Assembly: GCA_965218585.1 (NCBI GenBank)
Contig: CBDCLE010000026.1
Span: forward strand, 224,001-288,000
Length of the DNA stretch: 64,000 nucleotides
DNA from: Terriglobia bacterium
Lineage (GTDB): Bacteria; Acidobacteriota; Terriglobia; 20CM-2-55-15
Direction: 5' to 3'
A program made the position numbers and the translations under genes. Below, one piece after another: positions 10,694 to 21,558 of the stretch (within the stretch, counting starts at the first letter, position 1; the number at the start of each line of letters is the position of its first letter). The notes under the pieces are model-generated. The model saw only the letters and a program-made list of their open reading frames with translations, did not search any database and was not told where the DNA came from.

Positions 10694-12058
10694 GAGGTCA
10701 TTACAAAAGGTGTGTAAAAGTCATCAGGCGGCGGCCTTCGATTTCATCACGACTCTGATGCCGTCAGCGAATTGCTGACCATCATAGACCTCTTGTAAGA
10801 GTTCGGATCCTTTTAAGTGTCGCCAAGCCTTCTCAGCGACACGTAGTAGCTTCCAGATCATTGCCGTTGCATTCTCGACACGCTTGAATCGGCGAGCGGC
10901 GTTGGTGCGGAGGCGAACCATGTCGAAAGGCGATTCGACGATGTTGGTCGTTCTAAGATGCACCCAGTGTTGTTTCGGGAACTCATAGAAAGTGATCATC
11001 CGGTCCCAGTCCCGCAACAGCGTCTCACCCGCTTTGGGATAGTTCTTCTCATATCGGCGGACGAACTGATCCCGCTTTCGTTCGCAGGCCGCGCGGGAGT
11101 TCGCGAAGGCCATCCCATGGAGCAGCTGTCTGGCCGCGGGCTGCTCGGTCTTCGGCAGATGATCGACCACGTTGATCGACTTGTGGTTCCAGCAGCGTTG
11201 TTCCTGGCCCTGGGGCTGTTGCTCGGCCAGCGCGGACCAGATGCCCAGGTGACCGTCCGCGACAGTCAGCCGTCCCAGCTTCAGGCCCCGTCTCTGGAGA
11301 TTGCGCAGAATGCGGCTCCAGGACTCCTTGCTTTCCCGCTGCCCGCTCTCACAGGCCAACAGCACTTTGCGCCCGTCTGACAAGGCTCCGATGATCACCA
11401 GCAATGCCGCTCGCTCTTTCGCGATCCCCGCTTTCACGTACAAGCCGTCTGCCCACTGGTACACGACCTCGAGGCCGGACAGGTCCTGCTGGACCCACTC
11501 GTCATACTCCAACTGCCAGGTCGATTTCAGTCGTTGGATCGATGCTCGCGACAACGGAGCGCCAGCGCCAAGCAGTCCGCGCATGGCCTGCTCGAAGTCC
11601 CCTGTGGCCAGACCGTGGAGGTAGAGATCGGGAAATAGCTCGCCCAGCTGTTTCGATTTCCGTCGAAAATACGGCAGGATCTGACTCTCGAACCGCTCGG
11701 CGGTGTTTCGAACCCGAGGTCGTCGAACCTCCATCGTACCGTTCATCATTGCGAAGCGTCGCGGCTTCCCGTGACCGTTCCGGTATCCTCGTCGATTCGG
11801 ACTCCGCTCCGACTTTTCCCGACCCAGAAATTGAGTGACTTCGTCCTCGAGCAGCTCCTGTAGCCAGACTTGGACCCGGGATCGCACCCAGTCCTCCAAA
11901 CCTTCATACGCGTTCGTTGACGCCACTGATGCCGGTATGTTCTTCTTCTTCATGGGTGGTGTACCTTTCTCCCGATTGCTGCCGGGATTGCTTACGGTTT
12001 CGAATTCACCGAAAGCGTACACCGCCTTCTCTTTTTACACACCGATTGGAACGACCTC
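10694..12058 (-). mobile_element. IS256-family element, copy 1 (1365 bp; transposase ORF 10724-12022)
   Basis: GAGGTC...GACCTC ends; 9-bp TSD CATGGAAGC; YRNGHGKPR, WADGLY, QRCWNHK, LRTTNIVES. Confidence 0.95.
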
Positions 12059-12324
12059 CATGGAAGCGCTGAGCACGCTTAGATCAGAGTCTTTTGCGAT
12101 GTTTGAGGCCAACTTGCTCGACCTGAAGACACACAGCGCAGGGTCAATTACGCTCAAGACTGCGATGGACATTGCGCAAAGGCTCACGGTTGGATTGTTT
12201 GATAGGGTTTACGCCCAGATCGATCCAATGAGGTTGGGCGAGGACGGACGACTCGTCAAGATTGCTTTGGAATATGGGTCGAGACTAGATAGGGTGGCAG
12301 ACAATTTAGAGCCCGGGGCCCTAG

Positions 12325-14061
12325 CCCGCATGTTTCACCAGTCCGGCGATCAGGGGGATTTGGGCAGTAAGAATCGGATTCGGGAGGATCTGGGTTCGAA
12401 TTGGGCATGTGTGGCGTGACTCGGCGGTGTCGACAAGCGGGAGTTGCTGCGTTTTCGGGTTCAGAAGAGGGTGACGAAACGCACTGAGACAAACCTCGGC
12501 GGAGCCGAAAAGAGCGAGTCGATTTTGGCGCAGGGGATCGGGTCGGTTCTCAGCAGCGCAGAGGAAGCGCCTGCAGGTTTCGATGGACGAGGGCAAAGAC
12601 CTCGGCGTAGGGATAGGCTTCCGACATGGAGATCCAGATGTTGCGAACCGTCAGACGGACTTGAGCTCCGATCTTGAGGAGCTTCAAGCGGATCGTCTGG
12701 CACTGAGCGCGGGCCAGATCGGTATTCTTCAGTCCCAGACGGCGTAACGCGTGCAGGAGCATGTAGGCGGCCGAGGACAGATAGAGCCGGAGTTGATTGG
12801 CGCGCATGGTTGCCGCGCTGGTCCGGTCGGCGAATAGATCCAACTGCTGTTCCTTGATGCGATTTTCCATGTCGCCCCGCGCACAGTAAAAGTCTTCATA
12901 GAGGGCGCGGGCGTCCAGGCGTTCCGGCGACAGTGAGGTCACAACGAATCGAGGATTGGCGCCTTTCTCCAGGAACTCGGCCTTGCCGATGACGCGTCGG
13001 GTGCAGGTCCAGCTCTTCCGAGTGCGATACCGGAAATCGTTAAACACCCGCGCCGGTTTCCCGGTGTCGTTAAACTCGGCTTCGGCCTGACTCATCGATT
13101 CAGCGATCTCGCGCTTGAGCCGATCGTTCTTGGCCAGACCCACCACGTAATCGACCTGGTGGGCCTCGCACCAACTCAGCAATTCATCCCGGCAAAAGCC
13201 CGAGTCGGCCCGGATGATAATCGACACCTCCGGCCAGCTCTGCCGGATCTGGCCGATGATGCGGTTCAATTCCTCGACGGCGCCGTCCGCACCGTCGACA
13301 TTGGAGCACCGCAACCGGGCGCATAGCAGATGCTCTCCCGAAAAGATGTAGAGCGGCAGATAACAGTAGTTGCCGTAGTAGCCGTGAAAGAACCGTCCTT
13401 CCTGATGGCCATGGATCGGATCATCGGTCGCATCCAGGTCCAGAACAATCTCCTCGGGCGCCGATCCGTGAGCCGCCACAAATGCATCCACCATCCAGCG
13501 GTCGATCTTGTCCGGGTCCATGGCAATCTTCTTGTACCGCTCCTTCCCATCGACTTGCTCCCCGGTCAGTTCCAACCGGTTCAGCGTACACTTGCCCGCC
13601 AACGCTTTTCCCCGGTCTCGGGCCTGCCGCCGCTTCTCCCCCAGTGGATCGGCCTTATCCACCGCCACGGCCAGCATCGGATCGGTCCGCAGTTGGTCAT
13701 GATCGTTCAGATCCTCGTAGCCCAGACAGAGTCCGTAGACGCGCTGCCCCAATAACTCGCTCACCGTGTGTTCGATCAACCTCGCGTCCCGGTAATCCCT
13801 GAAACACTCGGCCAGTCCGGCGATCAGACCCGTTCGCTTTTCCACTTCCCTCAACAGCAGAACCCCAGCGTCGGAGGTGATCTTTCCGCCGTCAAAACGC
13901 GCCTTCACTTTTCGTTGAAGAAGTCCGTGAAATTCGAACGTCGTTTGGTTACACTCTGTTCTCATAAGGGCCGTCTCCGTTTGGCTTGTTAAACGTTTAT
14001 TTCAAAACGCTTTATGCCAGACAGGGCGGCCTTTTCTGGTCCTATCGGTGAAATATGCGGG
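12325..14061 (-). mobile_element. IS1380-family element (transposase 12550-13965)
   Basis: IRs CCCGCATGTTTCACC / GGTGAAATATGCGGG; CTAG TSD; FDGGKITSDAG, DLDATDD, RADSGF, YCARGDMENRIKE. Confidence 0.95.
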
Positions 14062-14414
14062 CTAGCGAAGTTAGTAAGTAAATATCCGACACATACGTTT
14101 GAGATTGACAGAGAAGAAGCTGAGGAACTGTTTTATAGGGTTGGGAGCCCGACGGATAGTCAGAGCGAACTTATCACGGTGTTAGGCAACGCCGTGCATA
14201 ATCCAAGCGATCAAACGACTTTCTTATTTTTGTCGGCGGAGAAGAAAGACGCCGAAGAGGTAGAACATGACTACGAGCATTCGGCAGATACGGGTAGCGG
14301 AGAGCAGGAACATGCTGAGGCTACTCCGGATAATGGACAAGAGGGAGCCGAAGAAGGCATCCCGACGAGATTCATCAAGTCTATTGGATGACCTCAAGAA
14401 CTCGCCCAAACTGG

Positions 14415-14678
14415 CTATACCGGCTGACCTTTTGATTTTTTCCAACGTGCGGAGGCCGCGCGCTTAGCAATCTCCTTTTTCTTCTTTTTGGACAGCTTTT
14501 TTGCTCTAGCTGCCCCGCCTTTTAGGCCACCTTTTCTTCCGATCTTGGCGAGGTATGCCTTTACGGCATCAACTTCGGCTTCTTTCTCTTCCTCGGTCGA
14601 AAGCCGGACAATTTCAGCGGCCAGTTCGTTGGGATCTTTGGGACGCTTCTTGGTCTTCTTATTACTTGTTCCGCTCAT
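14415..14678 (-). CDS. Small basic KGG-motif protein carried by the IS1-family element
   Basis: KRPKDPNELA...IGRKGGLKGGAARAKKLS...EIAKRAASARW; starts about 65 bp inside the IR. Confidence 0.75.
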   Translation of the reverse strand: MSGTSNKKTKKRPKDPNELAAEIVRLSTEEEKEAEVDAVKAYLAKIGRKGGLKGGAARAKKLSKKKKKEIAKRAASARWKKSKGQPV

Positions 14679-14752
14679 GCATCCAACAATATGGGAGATG
14701 CAAGGAAAAAGCAATGGAGAGAGGTTTCAAAATTGACCACTACCGGAATTCG

Positions 14753-14821
14753 GGTAGTGGTCTAGTTTCCATTTCAAAGGGCATCAGTACAGCTACTTTC
14801 GTTCCAAACTAGACCAGTACC
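14753..14821. mobile_element. 69-bp miniature element with IS1-like ends
   Basis: GGTAGTGGTCTAGTTT ... AAACTAGACCAGTACC inverted ends. Confidence 0.7.
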
Positions 14822-14953
14822 GATTTCCAGGAGGTTCCACTGATTGACATGCCAGCTAAGTCGCTGATTGTTCGTCCTGTCTAGAATTGATTTCGCGTCT
14901 AAAAAGAGTGAATTCCGGTTAACTTGACAGTGCCTCAGTCACTCATTGATCCT

Positions 14954-16746
14954 CTATTCTCCAATGATCTTAATCAGAACTCGCTTCCGGCGGCGGCCGT
15001 CGAATTCGCCGTAAAAAATCTGTTCCCATGGTCCAAAATCCAAATGGCCTTTCGTGACGAGGTCATTACAAAAGGTGTGTAAAAGTCATCAGGCGGCGGC
15101 CTTCGATTTCATCACGACTCTGATGCCGTCAGCGAATTGCTGGCCATCATAGACCTCTTGTAAGAGTTCGGATCCTTTTAAGTGTCGCCAAGCCTTCTCA
15201 GCGACACGTAGTAGCTTCCAGATCATTGCCGTTGCATTCTCGACACGCTTGAATCGGCGAGCGGCGTTGGTGCGGAGGCGAACCATGTCGAAGGGCGATT
15301 CGACGATGTTGGTTGTTCTCAGATGCACCCAGTGTTGTTTCGGGAACTCATAGAAAGTAATCATCCGGTCCCAGTCCCGCAACAGCGTCTCACCCGCTTT
15401 GGGATAGTTCTTCTCATATCGGCGGACGAACTGATCCCGCTTTCGTTCGCAGGCCGCGCGGGAGTTCGCGAAGGCCATCCCATGAAGCAGCTGTCTGGCC
15501 GCGGGCTGCTCGGTCTTCGGCAGATGATCGACCACGTTGATCGACTTGTGGTTCCAGCAGCGTTGTTCCTGGCCCTGGGGCTGTTGCTCGGCCAGCGCGG
15601 ACCAGATGCCCAGGTGACCGTCCGCGACAGTCAGCCGTCCCAGCTTCAGGCCCCGTCTCTGGAGATTGCGCAGAATGCGGCTCCAGGACTCCTTGCTTTC
15701 CCGCTGCCCGCTCTCACAGGCCAACAGCACTTTGCGCCCGTCTGACAAGGCTCCGATGATCACCAGCAATGCCGCTCGCTCTTTCGCGATCCCCGCTTTC
15801 ACGTACAAGCCGTCTGCCCACTGGTACACGACCTCGAGGCCGGACAGGTCCTGCTGGACCCACTCGTCATACTCCAACTGCCAGGTCGATTTCAGTCGTT
15901 GGATCGATGCTCGCGACAACGGAGCGCCAGCGCCAAGCAGTCCGCGCATGGCCTGCTCGAAGTCCCCTGTGGCCAGACCGTGGAGGTAGAGATCGGGAAG
16001 TAGCTCGCCCAGCTGTTTCGATTTCCGTCGAAAATACGGCAGGATCTGACTCTCGAACCGCTCGGCGGTGTTTCGAACCCGAGGTCGTCGAACCTCCATC
16101 GTACCGTTCATCATTGCGAAGCGTCGCGGCTTCCCGTGACCGTTCCGGTATCCTCGTCGATTCGGACTCCGCTCCGACTTTTCCCGACCCAGAAATTGAG
16201 TGACTTCGTCCTCGAGCAGCTCCTGTAGCCAGACTTGGACCCGGGATCGCGCCCAGTCCTCCAAACCTTCATACGCGTTCGTTGACGCCACTGATGCCGG
16301 TATGTTCTTCTTCTTCATGGGTGGTGTACCTTTCTCCCGATTGCTGCCGGGATTGCTTACGGTTTCGAATTCACCGAAAGCGTACACCGCCTTCTCTTTT
16401 TACACACCGATTGGAACGACCTCTTCGTGACGGCAGCGACGACTTCCCTGCCCATGACCTGGCGTTTGATATGAGCATCCGCGTTGTCTTCGCCAGTGTC
16501 GTTGTGCCGGTACCGCTCGACGGGCTCGTGGGGAGCAAGCTTTTCAAGAAAGGCGTCATAATCCTGAATGAGTCCCGGCTCGTCGTCATTGATGTACACG
16601 CTTGCTGAGATGTGCATTGCGTTAACCAGGCAGAACCCCTCCTGTATACCGCTTTCCGCCAGCGCGGCCTCGACCTTGGGAGTGATATTGATGTAATCCC
16701 TCCGGGTTCCAGTTTCGAACCATAGCTCTTTTCGGTACGATTTCAT
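14954..16746 (-). pseudogene. yjbQ: YjbQ/UPF0047 family protein interrupted by IS256
   Basis: [13 protein letters not shown]...[15 protein letters not shown]; after IS removal continues [34 protein letters not shown]. Confidence 0.9.
15059..16423 (-). mobile_element. IS256-family element, copy 2 (transposase ORF 15089-16387)
   Basis: Near-identical to copy 1; 8-bp TSD TTCGTGAC. Confidence 0.95.
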
Positions 16747-16846
16747 GGCCCCTCCTTCGGTCTAAGGAACAAACAAGAAACTCACGCCGCCGGCTCGTAT
16801 CAAAGCCCACGCCTACTCCTCCGATTTCCCTTCCTCCAGTAACAAG

Positions 16847-19800
16847 GGTTATGTTTCAGAGTTTCTGCAAAAAGGCCCTGAAATAGGAAGGGGCCAGGGT
16901 ATCTCCGAAAAGTTGGTAACCAACAACTTTGAAACGAAGGAGATGAACCGATGGCCCGAACTAAGATTAAGCGAAAGGGAGTGGATTGGAAAGAACTGTT
17001 AGGAGAGGAAAAGGATCTGCTGAAAAGCGTCGTGCAGGAGGTGGTTCAGGAAATTCTCGAGGGGGAGATGGAGCAGGTTGTGGCCGCGGCCAAGAGTGAA
17101 CGAACGGCGAGGTCGTTCCAATCGGTGTGTAAAAAGAGAAGGCGGTGTACGCTTTCGGTGAATTCGAAACCGTAAGCAATCCCGGCAGCAATCGGGAGAA
17201 AGGTACACCACCCATGAAGAAGAAGAACATACCGGCATCAGTGGCGTCAACGAACGCGTATGAAGGTTTGGAGGACTGGGCGCGATCCCGGGTCCAAGTC
17301 TGGCTACAGGAGCTGCTCGAGGACGAAGTCACTCAATTTTCTGGGTCGGGAAAAGTCGGAGCGGAGTCCGAATCGACGAGGATACCGGAACGGTCACGGG
17401 AAGCCGCGACGCTTCGCAATGATGAACGGTACGATGGAGGTTCGACGACCTCGGGTTCGAAACACCGCCGAGCGGTTCGAGAGTCAGATCCTGCCGTATT
17501 TTCGACGGAAATCGAAACAGCTGGGCGAGCTACTTCCCGATCTCTACCTCCACGGTCTGGCCACAGGGGACTTCGAGCAGGCCATGCGCGGACTGCTTGG
17601 CGCTGGCGCTCCGTTGTCGCGAGCATCGATCCAACGACTGAAATCGACCTGGCAGTTGGAGTATGACGAGTGGGTCCAGCAGGACCTGTCCGGCCTCGAG
17701 GTCGTGTACCAGTGGGCAGACGGCTTGTACGTGAAAGCGGGGATCGCGAAAGAGCGAGCGGCATTGCTGGTGATCATCGGAGCCTTGTCAGACGGGCGCA
17801 AAGTGGTGTTGGCCTGTGAGAGCGGGCAGCGGAAAAACAAGGAGTCCTGGAGCCGCATTCTGCGCAATCTCCAGAGACGGGGCCTGAAGCTGGGACGGCT
17901 GACTGTCGCGGACGGTCACCTGGGCATCTGGTCCGCGCTGGCCGAGCAACAGCCCCAGGGCCAGGAACAACGCTGCTGGAACCACAAGTCGATCAACGTG
18001 GTCGATCATCTGCCGAAGACCGAGCAGCCCGCGGCCAGACAGCTGCTTCATGGGATGGCCTTCGCGAACTCCCGCGCGGCCTGCGAACGAAAGCGGGATC
18101 AGTTCGTCCGCCGATATGAGAAGAACTATCCCAAAGCGGGTGAGACGCTGTTGCGGGACTGGGACCGGATGATTACTTTCTATGAGTTCCCGAAACAACA
18201 CTGGGTGCATCTGAGAACGACCAACATCGTCGAATCGCCCTTCGACATGGTTCGTCTCCGCACCAACGCCGCTCGCCGATTCAAGCGTGTCGAGAATGCA
18301 ACGGCAATGATCTGGAAGCTACTACGTGTCGCTGAGAAGGCTTGGCGACACTTAAAAGGATCCGAACTCTTACAAGAGGTCTATGATGGTCAGCAATTCG
18401 CTGACGGCATCAGAGTCGTGATGAAATCGAAGGCCGCCGCCTGATGACTTTTACACACCTTTTGTAATGACCTCCGAACGGCGGGGCGGACCGGATATCG
18501 GAGTGGCTATTACGGGCGGGACCTGGTCACGCGGGTGGGCAAGCTGGAGCTGCGCGTGCCGCAGGACCGGGCCGGGCGGTTCAGCACGGAAGTGTTTGAA
18601 CGCTACCAACGCAGCGAGAAAGCTTTGGTGGCCAGCTTGGCGGAGATGTACGTGCAGGGCGTGTCGACGCGCAAGGTCAAGGCCATCACCGAAGAATTAT
18701 GCGGGCATTCGTTTTCGGCCAGCACGATCAGCCGGATTAATAAGACACTGGACACGGAGCTGAAAAAGTTTGCGACGCGAGCATTGGAGGAAGAATACCC
18801 GTACCTGATTCTGGATGCGCGCTACGAGAAGGTGCGCGAAGACGGGGTCATCCGGAGCCGAGCAGTTCTGGTGGCGATCGGAATCAACTGGGACGGGAGG
18901 CGCGGTGTGTTGGCGGTGGAACTGGCGGAACGGGAAAGCACGACCAGTTGGCGGGAACTGTTACTGAGTTTGAAACAACGCGGCTTGTGCGGCGTGGAGT
19001 TCGTGGTGACCGACGATCATGCCGGGTTGAAGAAAGCCATCGCAGAAGTCCTGCCCGAAGCGATCTGGCAACGCTGCTACGTCCACTTTCTGAGAAACGC
19101 ATTGGATTATCTGCCGCGCAAAGCCGATGACGATTGTCTCCAGGAACTGCGTTGGCTCTACGACCGGCGGGACCTCCAGGAAGTGCGGCAGGACCTGGCG
19201 ACATGGTTGAGCAAGTGGGGGCAGAAATATTCCAAACTCTGCGACTGGGTCGAAGACAATATCGACGAGACACTAAGCTTCTACACGCTGCCGCTTCAGC
19301 ATCACAAACACATGAAATCCACCAATATGCTGGAACGGCTCAACGAAGAGATCAAACGGCGAACGCGCGTGGTGCGGATATTCCCCAACGCAGCCAGCTG
19401 TCTGCGTTTGATTCGGGCGCTGACCACCGAAACGCACGAGAACTGGATCGAAGCGATCCGCTACTTGAACATGGACCTGTTGAAGGAACACAAAAGGGAC
19501 TGGCACCGTCAGACGCCGGCTGCCTAAACGCGTCCCAACGGGCCGACCCAATGATCGACTCGGATGTCGATCGGCGATTACAGAGCATCCTGGAGCGAAC
19601 AATCGCTGTGGAAAACTTTCGAGGGGACGAAAGAAAGAAAAAGAACCAAAAAAGAAAGAAACGCAGAGGCCTGATGGAAATGACGCCTCAGAGGAAATCC
19701 GCCAAAAGGCGCGGATTCCCTCTGAGGCTTGGAAAAGCTTCGCCAAAAACGCTCAGCATTCCCACATTCCCACAGGCCCGACGGCGATCGACACTCAAGA

Positions 19801-19847
19801 ACTGAATTTTTTGGAAATACTTTTTGCAGAACTTGACGCACACAACT
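16847..19847 (+). mobile_element. Second IS256 type; transposase (16951-17108 + 18483-19527) interrupted by IS256 copy 3
   Basis: 8-bp TSD GTAACAAG; imperfect IRs ..TTCTGCAAAAA; MYVQGVSTRKV, LDARYEKVR, WQRCYVHFLRN, STNMLERLN. Confidence 0.92.
17109..18474 (+). mobile_element. IS256-family element, copy 3 (1366 bp; extra T near 17340 frameshifts the transposase)
   Basis: Inverted near-identical copy; 8-bp TSD CGAACGGC; CAATTTTCTG here versus CAATTTCTG in the other copies. Confidence 0.95.
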
Positions 19848-20168
19848 GTAACAAGCGCACCTCGTCGACAGAATCGGCGCACACGAGAAAAACTACCGGT
19901 CTTCCCTGGGGGTTGAACAACGTCCCACGAAACGCTCCCCGGAATGCATCGTAAGGGTCTTCGCCACGCGTAAGGTAAGGTATTCCGGCGCTGTCGAGAA
20001 GCGACTTGACGATCGCCGCTTCAGCCGGATCGATCGTCTCGAAGACTACTTCCAAGGGTTCGTCGCTGTCCATATCCGCGATCCTCGCATCTCGTGGACT
20101 GTATCGTGCCAGAAGGTAGCCTACTCTGCCCGCATGTGGCAAAGTGAACGATGGAGGGAGACAAGAAC

Positions 20169-20247
20169 GTGACAAGAATACTGGGAATATCCGGCAGTCT
20201 GCGAAAAGGCTCTTACAACACCGCACTGTTGAAAGCGGCCGCGTACT
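20169..20247 (+). pseudogene. NADPH-dependent FMN reductase N-terminal stub truncated by IS6
   Basis: GTG start after GGAGGGAG; MTRILGISGSLRKGSYNTALLKAAAY, then the IS6 IR. Confidence 0.75.
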
Positions 20248-21078
20248 GGTTGTGTTGCAACTCTGGCCGACGGCGGCTGTTAACCTGAAGAGATCATGAA
20301 AAAGACAATCCGACCGGTGATCTTCAAATGGCGACAAACCGAGCCCGCGCTGGTTCTTTGCGCCGTGCGCTGATACCTGCGGTACTCGCTCTCGTCCCGT
20401 GATGTCGAAGAGCTGCTCAGCGAACGCGGCCTGAAGGCGGACCACACGACAATCTGGCGCTGGGTCCAGCGCTACGGTCCCGAACTGGAGGCGCGGTTGC
20501 GCCGTCATCTCAAGCCAACCAATCAGTCCTGGCGCGTCGATGAGACCTACGTTCGTGTCAAGAGTCGTTGGTGCTACCTCTACCGAGCCATCGATTCCAC
20601 CGGCGCCACGATCGACTTCGTGCTCTCGGGGGTGCGCGATGCCGCTGCGGCCAAACGCCTGTTCCGTAAGGCGCTGACGGATCCGTCGCATCCACAGCCC
20701 CGGGTTATCAATACGGACCAAGCACGCCTCTATGGCGCGGCGATTTCAGGAGTGAAGCAGGAAGGACTCCTGCGACGCCGTTGCCGCCACCGACCTGTTC
20801 AATACTTGAACAACATCCTGGAGCAGGATCATCGAGCGATCAAACGACGCGTGAAGGCCAAGCAGGGCTTTCGTGAATTCCACGCGGCGCGGCGAACAAT
20901 CCAGGGATACGAGGCCATGAACATGATCCGGAAGGGGCAGGCGAGGCGGGTCAGCGGTTCGGATGTTCGGCAACAGATTCAGTTCATCAACATGCTGTTC
21001 GAGGTGGCTGCATGAGACGGAGCTTGGTCGACCCAACCAGTCGCTCTCTTGCTGATTTTTGAAAGTTGCAACACATCC
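20248..21078 (+). mobile_element. IS6-family element; transposase 20296-21015 has an in-frame TGA at 20371
   Basis: IRs GGTTGTGTTGCAACT / AGTTGCAACACATCC; WRVDETYV, YLYRAID, YLNNILEQDHR; AVR*YLRYSLS. Confidence 0.92.
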
Positions 21079-21103
21079 CGCGAAGTGTGGTATGAACTAA
21101 AGG

Positions 21104-21505
21104 ATGTCAGAACTTGCAGAAGCAACTGGAGAAGTACTTGGACAACATCTGATCGCCGACATGACGGGGTTGTCCCCTGTCCTCCTGCGTGATGGTGATC
21201 GGATCATGCATGTTCTTAACGACGCGTTGGCGCTGGCAGGCTTTCACTCCATCAGGAGCGTGGAACATCACTTCGTCGAGCGTGGCGCGGGATTTACGGG
21301 GATGGTCCTTTTGGCGGAATCCCATGCCGCCGTTCATACCTATCCCGAGCAGGAATACCTCGCGCTCGACATCTTCGCTTGCGGCGGTATCGATCCATCC
21401 ACCGTCATGGACGCGTTGGTTCGAGAGCTGAGTCCTACAGCAGTCGACGCACGGACTCTGACACGCGCTCCTCGCGCCAGCATTCCCGCGGACAGAAAAT
21501 CTTAA
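21104..21505 (+). CDS. speD: S-adenosylmethionine decarboxylase proenzyme
   Basis: GQHLIAD, LLAESHAAVHTYPE (pyruvoyl cleavage site E|SH), LDIFACG. Confidence 0.92.
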   Translation: MSELAEATGEVLGQHLIADMTGLSPVLLRDGDRIMHVLNDALALAGFHSIRSVEHHFVERGAGFTGMVLLAESHAAVHTYPEQEYLALDIFACGGIDPSTVMDALVRELSPTAVDARTLTRAPRASIPADRKS

Positions 21506-21558
21506 TCCGCGGGATATCACCTGAAAATGTTCGGGGTGAGGCCGGATTCGGCCTACCC

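Larger units (their letters stand above)
10290..14391 (+). pseudogene. ClpP/SppA-like (SDH family) serine protease split by IS256 and IS1380
   Basis: Pieces 10290-10693, 12068-12324 and 14066-14391 rejoin in frame; THGG, CGSGGTLL, LGPLDVQ, YPTH.FEIDREEA motifs. Confidence 0.85.
9319..14744 (-). mobile_element. IS1-family cargo transposon (transposase + small basic KGG protein + protease cargo)
   Basis: IRs GGTAGTGGGCAAGTTTCAA / TTCAAAATTGACCACTACC; 8-bp TSD GGAATTCG at 9311-9318 and 14745-14752. Confidence 0.85.
9293..14934. mobile_element. Non-autonomous MITE-like shell with 25-bp perfect terminal IRs, expanded by nested insertions
   Basis: GGCACTGTCAAGTTAACCGGAATTC (9293-9317) and its reverse complement (14910-14934); no TSD seen. 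Confidence 0.75.
16813..20073 (-). pseudogene. DUF2007-like small protein interrupted near its 3' end by IS256
   Basis: MDSDEPLEVVFETIDPAEAAIVKSLLDSAGIPY...EVRLL then LEEGKSEE* on the far side of the IS. Confidence 0.75.

Noticed and set aside
11835-12419. 194-aa ORF (also 10260-10778 and 14014-14391) as independent genes
   Set aside because: Fragments of one protease gene fused to IS-end sequence
8279-20373. Stop-codon recoding for in-frame TAA (integrase) and TGA (IS6)
   Set aside because: Both codons end normal genes throughout the window; the two cases are in decaying mobile genes
19795-20721. 308-aa minus-strand ORF
   Set aside because: Chimera of IS6 antisense frame, the real DUF2007-like gene and the IS256 end
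21060-21100. Hybrid IS6 promoter for speD (TTGCAA ... TATGAA)
   Set aside because: 19-bp spacer and weak -10; not supportable from sequence alone
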